Of a DNA stretch of 64,000 bases, positions 58,201 through 64,000 are shown piece by piece. Position 1 is the first letter of the stretch. Every line of letters begins with the position of its first letter. Below the pieces are notes generated by a model. The model was given only the letters and a program-made list of their open reading frames with translations. It was not told where the DNA came from and ran no database searches. Origin of the DNA: Raja brachyura (lineage: Eukaryota). The translations under genes were made by a program, and so were the position numbers. Location of the stretch: contig OY740799.1 in assembly GCA_963514005.1 (NCBI GenBank), forward strand, positions 31,062,001-31,126,000, given 5' to 3'.

Positions 58201-61200
58201 TACCAACTTCAGATTTTGTGGAAGCTCAGCAGTATTCTAAGACCTATTGATCAGAAATTTAGAACATAAGGAGCGGTAAAGTGCCACAACTGGCGCAACT
58301 CCTACCTCACAGCACCAGAGACATCAGATTGATTTGTTCCGTGGGTGCTGTGTACATGGAGATGACATGCCCTCCCTGTTATGTGTTGCTTTCCTACAAG
58401 TATCTGAAATATATTTCACTAACCTGATGTGGTGCTGGTAGTGGTCTCTGTTGTTGATGTAGTTGTTGGTGTTCCTAGTGAAAGAAAATAAAGCAATATT
58501 TAACCAAGACAGCCAAGAGGAATTGGTATACAGCTAACTATTGGTAGTCAGGAAACCATCAGCAGCAATTCATATGCTGGTACACTTTATTAAAATGTTT
58601 AACAGATGACATTTTTGTTCAACCTAGAATAAAATGGCAAGGCAAAATATACTTTTGATAAATCAGCAGCTGAATATTTCAGTGCAATCACAAATAATCC
58701 TGTTCTATCTATACACCAGTTGCGGATTTCCTGGAAGATCAACCGTCTTCCAAAGACTGCAAGGTCTACTTAATACCATATTTTATAATACCATTATTCG
58801 TGGATCCATTTTTGAAAAATCTTTGAGCTGAAACAAAACTGTTTAACTGCGTTGCCATGACCAAAAACTACAGGAATAGTGGAAGAGGCGAAGGGAAGAG
58901 ACCTTTTCTATAAAAGTGAAAATCCTTATCCATGTCTGCTGAAAGGTGCCAGACTCAATTCTCTTTTTAAAATTATGGCAGGCAATCAGCAACAAATGGC
59001 CTCCTCAATTCGGTAGTTGTTTCTATATTTTCATGGTGAGAAACTACATTTTTTGAATAAAGCAATGAACAAATATTCCTGAAGAGGGGGCTATATAGAG
59101 CTTCACTAAACAAAGCACAGAGTCCAAAAGTAAACGCTAACAAGATTGATAGATGATGTTACTAACCTGATGTAGTGCTGGTAGTGGTCTCAGTTGTTGG
59201 TGTAGTTTCTAGTGAAAGAAAAGATTGCTCTATTCAAGTGGGGCAGCCAAGAGAATTGGTACGCAGTTATAAAGCCATCAACAGGAATTCATGAGCTGGC
59301 ACATTTTATGAAAGTGTTTTCATGTGTAGTTTGGTTGCTTCTTACAAATATGCAAAGATAAACTGCTCAGCAACAACAGACTGTGTCCCCCGTGGCCTCT
59401 CCACGGCGTTCTGCGCCCAGCACGCTTATTTCACCACCTCGCCGGTCACTTTCCCGGACACTTCACCGGTGAATTCCCCATCACTTTACCGATTAATTGA
59501 ATAAAGCGTGCGGCCATACTATACGGCTGCATTACTTTTTCCTTGTCAATCAGCAGCTGAATATTTCAGGGCCATCATAAACAATTTCAATTTCTTAATG
59601 TACCAACTTCAGATTTTGTGGAAGCTCAGCAAGTATTCCAAGAACTACTGATCAGAAATGTCGAACATAAGGAGCGGTAAAGTGCCAAAACTGTTGCAAC
59701 TCCTACCTCACAGCACCAGAGACATCAGATTGATTTGTTCCGTGGGTGTTGTGTGCATGGAGATGACATGTCCTCCCTGTTATGTGTGGCTTTCCTACAA
59801 ATGTCTGAAATATATTGTCACTGACCTGATATAGTACTGGTAGTGGTCTCAGTTATTGATGTAGTTGTTGGTGTTCCTGGTGAAAGAAAATAACGCAATA
59901 TTCAACCAAGACGGCAAGAGGAATTGGTACACAGCTAACTATTGGCAGTCAAGAAACCATCAGAAGGAATTCATAGGCTGGCACGCATTATTAAAAATTT
60001 TAACAGATGGCATTTTTGTTCTTCGTAGAATAAAATGACAGAGCAAAATATATTTGATCAATCAGCAGCTGAATATTTCTGTGCCATCACAAATAAACCT
60101 GTTCTGACTATACATCAGTTACGGATATCCTGGAAGATTACCGTCTTCCAAAGACCTCAAAATCACCATGTTGTCCAATACCATTATTTGTTGAACCATG
60201 TTTGAAAAATCTTTGAGCTGAAACAAAACTGTTTGACAGCGTTGCCATGACAAAAAAACTCCCGGAATAGTGGAAGAGGCGAAGGGAAGAGACCTTTTCT
60301 AAAAAGCGAAAATCCTTATCCATGTCAACTGAAAAATGCCAGATTTAATGCTGTTTGTGAAATTATTGTAGGCAACCAGCACCAAAAGGCCTCCTTAATT
60401 TGGTAGTTGTTTCTATATTTTTGTGGTGAGAAACTACATTTTTGGAATAAAACAATGAACAAATATTCATGAAGAGGGGGCTATATAGAGCTTCACTAAA
60501 CAAAGCACAGAGTCCAAAAGGAAAAGCTAACAAGATTGATAGATGATGATACTAACCTGATGTAGTGCTGGTGGTGGTCTCAGTTGTTGGTGTTGTTTCT
60601 AGTGAAAGAAAAGATTGCTCTATTCAAGTGGGGCAGCCAAGAGAATTGGAACGCAGATATGAAGCCATCAACAGGAATTCATCAACTGGCATATTTTATG
60701 AAAACGTTTTACTAGTTGTCACTTTCTTCATCAGTGAATAAACCATGCGGCCATACTATACGGCTGCATTACTTTTTCCTTGTCTTTGAGAAATTGCATC
60801 TGATCAGGCATCTAGAAAGATTGATTTGGCACAGCTGTGCAGCTGGTAGAGCTGCAGCCTCATAGTGTCATAGATTTGTATTCTATCCTAACCTTAGGTG
60901 CTGTCAGGGCTGGGATTGCACGTTCTCCCATTCACTACCTGTGATCCCCCCAAGTTTTTAACAGAGGATGATACTGACCTGATGTAGTGGTGGTCCCAGA
61001 TGTTGATGTAGTTGTTTCTAGTGAAATAAAAAAATGTTATGTTCCACTGAGACAAACAAGAGGAATAGTTATGCGGTTTAGAATCCTCCAACAGGAATTT
61101 ATCAACTGGCACCTTTTAATAAGAAATTTTACACTTGATCTTGACTTATCAGTGAATATAGCATATGGCCATACTATGCTGCTGCATTACTTTTTCCTTG

Positions 61201-63576
61201 TCAATCAGCTGCTGAATGTCAGGGCCACCACAAATAATTCCAACTTCTTAATGTACCAACTTCAGATTTTGTGGAAGCTCAGCAAGTATTCCAAGAACTA
61301 CTGATCATAAATTTACAACATAAGCAGCGGTAAAGTGCCACAACTGTTGCAACTCCTACCTCACAGCACCAGAGACTTCAGATTGATTTGTTCCGTGGGT
61401 GCTGTGTGCATGGAGATTACATGTACTCCCTGTTATGTGTGCCTTTCCTACATGTGTGTGAAATATATTGTCACTAACCTGATGTAGTACTGGTAGTGGT
61501 CTCTGTTGTTGATGTAGTTGTTGGTGTTTCTAGTGAAAGAAAATAATGCAATATTCAACCAGGACAGCCAAGAGGAATTGGTACATAGCTAACTATTGGT
61601 AGTCAGGAAACCATCAGCAGGAATTCATATGGTGGCACACTTAATTGAAATGTTGAACAGAAGGCATTTTTGTTCTTCACAGAATAAAATTGTAGGGAAA
61701 ATATAATTTTGATCAATCAGAAGCTGAATATTTCAGTGCCATCACAAATAATTCTGTTCTATCTATACACCAGTTGCAGATTTCCTGGAAGATCAACCAT
61801 CTTCCAAAGACTGCAAGGTCTACTTAATACCATCATTTCCGATAGTATGTACTGTGTGTACTATGGGTAAGCATGTCTGTTCATATGCCCCATTGATACA
61901 TGATTATCAACTTGCATAAATTGTGTTCATTATAATCATGTTTTTGATTTTTACTATGGAATGGCCGTAGAAATTGAGAAGCAGAAAACACCAACTCATT
62001 TCCTCCACAAATCCAAACTATTTTGAAATTGTGACATAATTTGGTAGAATTGTTATGAGTCAAACATTGACATCTTAACATGTATATTTGCACAATTTAT
62101 GCCAATAATTTAAGCAAAGATGCAAGAAGTAAGTCACAGAGCTGATGTTAGAAATGTTGTCTCATTGTCTTCGATTTGCCAATGTTTATTGAAAGTGGTT
62201 TGACTCACCTGTTGTGGAACTGGAGGTAGTCTCAGTTGTTCCAGTTGTCAAAGATGTTGTTGGTGTTGTTCCTGGAGAGCAAATAGAAAAGAATTTACAA
62301 ATTGAATTGCAAGAGTCACCAATCAATTTCAGTACGACACTGTACATTTTCAAAAGACTGGGCTGAATTTTAACAATGTTCATTGCTTGTGCCTATGCAA
62401 AGGACATTTATTAGTAAACCAAATTTTGTTTCGTCATTTATCAAATGCACCGAAATTATAAATAGACATTGTGATTTTTAGAAGAAAGTTCTAAACTCCT
62501 TCGTTGATCAACTTTGGAACCATCATTGAGCAGAAACAAAACTGTTTAACAGCGCTGCCATGACCAAAAACTCCCGGAATAGTGGAGGAGGCGAAGGGAA
62601 GAGACCTTTTCTAAAAAGTGAAAATCCTTATCCATGTCAACTGAAAAGTGCAGATTTAATGCTCTTTTTGAAATTATTGTAGGCAACCAGCACCAAAAGG
62701 CCTCATTAATTTGGTATTTACTTCTATATTTTCGTGGTGAGAAACTACATTTTTGGAATAAAGCAATGAACAAATATTCATGAAGAGGGTGCGATATGGA
62801 GCTTCACTAAACAAAGCACCGAATCCAAAAGGAAAAGTTAACAAGATTGATAGATGATGTTACTAACCTGATGTAGTGCTGGTGGTGGTCTCAGTTGTTG
62901 GTGTCGTTTCTAGTGAAAGAAAAGATTGCTCTATTCAAGTGGGGCAGCCAAGAGGAATTGGTACTCAGTTATAAAGCCATCAACAGGAATTCATGAGCTG
63001 GCACATTTCATGAAAGTGTTTTAATATGTAGATTGGTTACTTCTTACTAATATGCGAAGATAAACTGCTCAGCAACAACAGACTGTATCCCCCGCAGCCG
63101 CTCCATGGCGTTCTGCACCCAGCACGCTTATTTCACCACCTCCAATCGGTGTGTCTCCGGTGCCATCCCCGGTCACTTCCCCGTCACTTTATCGATTAAT
63201 TGAATAAAGCGTGCGATCATACTATGGGCTGCATTACTTTTTACTTGTCAATCAGCGGCTGAATAATTCAGGGTCATCATGAACAATTTCAATTTCTTAA
63301 TATACCAACTTCAGATTTTGTGGAAGCTCAGCAGTATTCTAAGACCTATTGATCAGAAATTTAGAACATAAGGAGCGGTAAAGTGCCACAACTGGCGCAA
63401 CTCCTACCTCACAGCACCAGAGACATCAGATTGATTTGTTCCGTGGGTGCTGTGTACATGGAGATGACATGCCCTCCCTGTTATGTGTTGCTTTCCTACA
63501 AGTATCTGAAATATATTTCACTAACCTGATGTGGTGCTGGTAGTGGTCTCTGTTGTTGATGTAGTTGTTGGTGTTC
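153..63576 (-). CDS. Internal part of a mucin-like gene: Thr/Ser-rich PTS domain encoded by 93 symmetric micro-exons (~4440 nt, ~1480 aa in window); both ends lie outside the window
   Basis: A recurrent minus-strand cassette reads polypyrimidine-(C/T)AG | 39/42/51/63 nt | GTTAGT/GTCAGT/GTGAGT. All exons are phase 1-1, and I saw no stops or frameshifts. Spliced unit in transcription order: GTPTTTSITETTTSTTS-ETTPTTETTTSTTS-GTPTTTSTTETTTSTTS-ETTPTTETTTSTTS-GTTPTTSLTTGTTETTSSSTT-ETPTTTSTTETTTSTTS-ETTTSTSGTTTTS-ETTPTTETTTSTTS. The mucin call rests on composition only. Confidence 0.88.
10257..10298 (-). CDS. Micro-exon class A (42 nt): ETTPTTETTTSTTS
   Basis: ttttctttcactag|AAACAACACC...ACTACATCAG|gttagt. 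Copies start at 15359, 20461, 25563, 30665, 35767, 40856, 45958, 51060 and 60557. Confidence 0.88.
10528..10642 (+). mobile_element. Degenerate tRNA-derived SINE 5' fragment (V-SINE/HE1-like), one per unit; also at ~1893-2008
   Basis: GGCACAGCTGTGCAGCTGGTAGAGCTGCAGCCTCATAG...ATCCTAACCTCGGGTGCTGTC...TTGCACGTTCTCCC resembles the A-box head and start of the V-domain of shark/ray SINEs. This is recognised from memory, not from a search. Confidence 0.7.
10679..10717 (-). CDS. Micro-exon class C (39 nt): ETTTSTSGTTTTS (this copy ETTTSTSGTTTPS)
   Basis: ttttatttcactag|AAACAACTAC...ATCAG|gtcagt. Copies at 15781, 20883, 25985, 31087, 36189, 41278, 46380, 55877 and 60979. Confidence 0.85.
11027..11150 (+). 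mobile_element. Second, more degenerate V-SINE-like fragment, three per unit (also ~13075-13198 and ~14477-14599)
   Basis: CCTACCTCACAGCACCAGAGAC...GGGTGCTGTGTGCATGGAG...CATGTACTCCCTGT...TTTCCT is colinear with the recalled V-SINE consensus. Confidence 0.6.
11179..11229 (-). CDS. Micro-exon class D (51 nt): ETPTTTSTTETTTSTTS
   Basis: ttttctttcactag|AAACACCAAC...ACATCAG|gttagt. Copies at 16281, 21383, 26485, 31587, 36689, 41778, 46880, 56377 and 61479. Confidence 0.88.
11909..11971 (-). CDS. Micro-exon class E (63 nt): GTTPTTSLTTGTTETTSSSTT
   Basis: tatttgctctccag|GAACAACACC...ACAACAG|gtgagt, a consensus donor. The peptide is visible inside ORF 11886..12083. Copies at 17011, 22113, 27215, 32317, 37406, 42508, 47610, 57107 and 62209. 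Confidence 0.9.
12568..12609 (-). CDS. Micro-exon class A' (42 nt): ETTPTTETTTSTTS
   Basis: cactag|AAACGACACC...ACATCAG|gttagt. Copies at 17670, 22772, 27874, 32976, 38065, 43167, 48269, 57766 and 62868. Confidence 0.88.
13226..13276 (-). CDS. Micro-exon class B (51 nt): GTPTTTSTTETTTSTTS
   Basis: cactag|GAACACCAAC...CCACATCAG|gttagt. Copies at 18328, 23430, 28532, 33634, 38723, 43825, 48927, 58424 and 63526. Confidence 0.88.
13969..14010 (-). CDS. Micro-exon class A'' (42 nt): ETTPTTETTTSTTS
   Basis: cactag|AAACGACACC...ACATCAG|gttag(c/t). It differs from A' by a synonymous ACC/ACT in most copies. Copies at 19071, 24173, 29275, 34377, 39466, 44568, 49670 and 59167. Confidence 0.87.
14628..14678 (-). 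CDS. Micro-exon class F (51 nt): GTPTTTSITETTTSTTS
   Basis: ttttctttcaccag|GAACACCAAC...ACATCAG|gttagt. Copies at 19730, 24832, 29934, 35036, 40125, 45227, 50329 and 59826. Confidence 0.88.
51445..51462 (+). repeat. Target-site duplication, left copy (TGATCCCCCCAAGTTTTT)
   Basis: Identical to 55840-55857. Uninterrupted units contain this sequence only once. Confidence 0.95.
51475..51480 (-). terminator. Putative polyadenylation signal (AATAAA) of the L1
   Basis: The minus strand reads ...CAAATAAAAAAAAATATTAC|AAAAA, so AATAAA lies 12 nt before the element's 3' end. Confidence 0.6.
51712..51732. repeat. (AT)10 microsatellite in the L1 3' UTR
   Basis: Direct reading. Confidence 0.9.
51871..55659 (-). 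CDS. L1 ORF2 protein (APE endonuclease, reverse transcriptase, C-terminal CCHC), ~1262 aa from the first ATG
   Basis: Endonuclease motifs: SWNVKG, FLQETH, NIYAPN, GGDFN, SRIDY, SDH. RT motifs: GKTAGPDG, SLDAEKAFD, RQGCPLSP, YADD, YLGI. C-terminal CDKC-x8-H-x4-C. The track start at 55716 is a GTG; the first ATG is at 55659. Confidence 0.96.
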   Translation of the reverse strand: MQDMNVRNGDDGITFCSWNVKGINEPIKRGKVLAQLNRLKSGVMFLQETHLKKDAQYRLTAKWISKVYHSSFIHKSRGVAIIIRKGIPFKLNSLIEDKEGRYLIITGELHSKKVILMNIYAPNFDNPLFFKKIFNSIPISTQYNLIIGGDFNCTLDNYLDRSSTKIKALSKSSKLINSFSKTLNVKDIWRLDNPTGREYSFFSPVFGTYSRIDYFLVDSKLLPFTYDAKYHNIIISDHAPLTFKIKLKDMVNKTNIWRFNTQILKDKDCCNYVEKQIKLFFETNDKPETSSLLLWDTFKAFMRGAIISAQAHFNKENRKMEQKLEKEINQLDSENIIHPSKELSNKIAILKYRLNKIYADQVIKLYQQTKQVHFEFGDKPQKLLARQLRRLDDEKTIHSIRSAQGNTLTIPKDINDTFLQYYQNLYSSKLTGQTDEMETFLEKCHFNKLNFESRQLLNAEISVIDIEESIGSLKNGKTAGPDGLNAEFYKKFHDLLSPRLQTVYRHTYELGKLPDSLNESTITLIPKLDKDLEDPGSYRAIALLNTDQKILTKVLSRRLSLVISKIIHYDQTGFIPKRYSSHNLRRLFNIIYSRRRRDIELAVISLDAEKAFDQVEWSYLFNIMEKYQLGDGFCKWVRILYSNPTARILTNQILSPKFNLFRGCRQGCPLSPLLFALVIEPLAERIRSEPEIYGYNTDITNNKISLYADDILIYITKPERSIPKLFNVINEFSVFSGYRINWSKSDIMPITGINVNILQKYPLKIVTDKFKYLGINVSKSYKLLIKANYYQLLEKLKKNILYWKTLPISMIGRINAIKMIFLPQLLYLFQAIPFFLPKSFLKKIDTIVNNFVWDYKSHRIGKKHLCKSKINGGLALPNFLYYYWAVQIKNMNFWWVNMDVEPMWLKMEKEDCLPFTIESIIFAPKEVQKKTYRDNIIIHNIRRIWKQIVKTLHLDNLSFRLSIRNNPLFKPSILDAGFRLWEDLGIKRIEHLYRNGKLLLFEELQDIFGLPSQHHFRYLQIRDFIKCNTYDYKNKGPGLLDEVFNLHPNTDKLIAYIYNIILDKENPTTETYRQAWENEIGLPITKETWEESLQRIHWCSLNARHTLIQFKVIYRLHYSKTKLKSIFPNLSSICDKCKNFEANLIHSFVTCPRLNFYWIEIFKVISEVLKVKLDPDPKLIIFGIPEPNLVLTINQRNFFDYCLIIGKKMILKFWKGTLSPTIKMWKAEMLETLNLERIRFVLLDKYNSFELIWSPYIQYLEK
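55840..55857 (+). repeat. Target-site duplication, right copy
   Basis: Identical to 51445-51462. The 4395-bp offset equals the excess length of this unit. Confidence 0.95.
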
Positions 63577-64000
63577 CTAGTGAAAGAAAATAAAGCAATA
63601 TTTAACCAAGACAGCCAAGAGGAATTGGTATACAGCTAACTATTGGTAGTCAGGAAACCATCAGCAGCAATTCATATGCTGGTACACTTTATTAAAATGT
63701 TTAACAGATGACATTTTTGTTCAACCTAGAATAAAATGGCAAGGCAAAATATACTTTTGATAAATCAGCAGCTGAATATTTCAGTGCAATCACAAATAAT
63801 CCTGTTCTATCTATACACCAGTTGCGGATTTCCTGGAAGATCAACCGTCTTCCAAAGACTGCAAGGTCTACTTAATACCATATTTTATAATACCATTATT
63901 CGTGGATCCATTTTTGAAAAATCTTTGAGCTGAAACAAAACTGTTTAACTGCGTTGCCATGACCAAAAACTACAGGAATAGTGGAAGAGGCGAAGGGAAG

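Larger units (their letters stand above)
10257..64000. repeat. Tandem array of a 5102-bp unit (8 exons + 8 introns), ~9.7 near-identical copies, interrupted once by L1
   Basis: Exon A starts at 10257, 15359, 20461, 25563, 30665, 35767, 40856, 45958, 51060 and 60557. Spacing is 5102 except one 5089 (13-bp deletion) and one 9497 (5102+4395 for L1 plus TSD). The ORF track repeats with the same period. Confidence 0.98.

Noticed and set aside
153-63576. Short conserved repeats separated by longer sequence, superficially CRISPR-like
   Set aside because: The spacers are 380-750 nt and themselves repeated, there are no cas genes, the context is eukaryotic, and the repeats have splice sites and a reading frame.
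153-63576. Assigning a specific mucin gene symbol, or an antifreeze glycoprotein call
   Set aside because: No diagnostic non-PTS domain is in the window, and the repeat lacks the Ala-Ala-Thr pattern of AFGP.
1201-63933. Many recurring 60-105-aa ORFs (e.g. MQIYMLRC..., MARQNI..., MVVPDVDV...)
   Set aside because: They recur only because the DNA is repeated, have no recognisable domains, often use non-ATG starts, and appear or vanish with single SNPs. The MNIVKIQ... ORF merely reads through exon E in frame.
10257-64000. rDNA, histone, snRNA or tRNA tandem cluster as an explanation of the 5.1-kb unit
   Set aside because: No such gene sequence was recognised. The tRNA-like pieces are degenerate SINE heads without an intact B box.

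Overview
Eukaryotic (vertebrate) DNA, probably from a cartilaginous fish judging by V-SINE/HE1-like remnants. Nearly the whole window is a tandem array with a 5102-bp period from ~10.26 kb onward and a more irregular, diverged segment at 1-10.2 kb. The short ORFs in the track are repeat artefacts. The real signal is a minus-strand gene split into 93 micro-exons (39, 42, 51 or 63 nt). All have canonical AG/GT sites, all are phase 1-1 and multiples of 3, and together they splice into ~1480 aa of an ~80% Thr/Ser, acidic mucin-type (PTS) domain. Each 5102-bp unit has 8 exons (381 nt, 127 aa). The gene's start, end and non-PTS domains lie outside the window. One unit carries a young, 5'-truncated L1 retrotransposon (51463-55839) with an intact ORF2, an 18-bp target-site duplication and a canonical TTTTT/AA site, inserted in sense orientation in an intron. 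Coordinates and counts were derived by eye.
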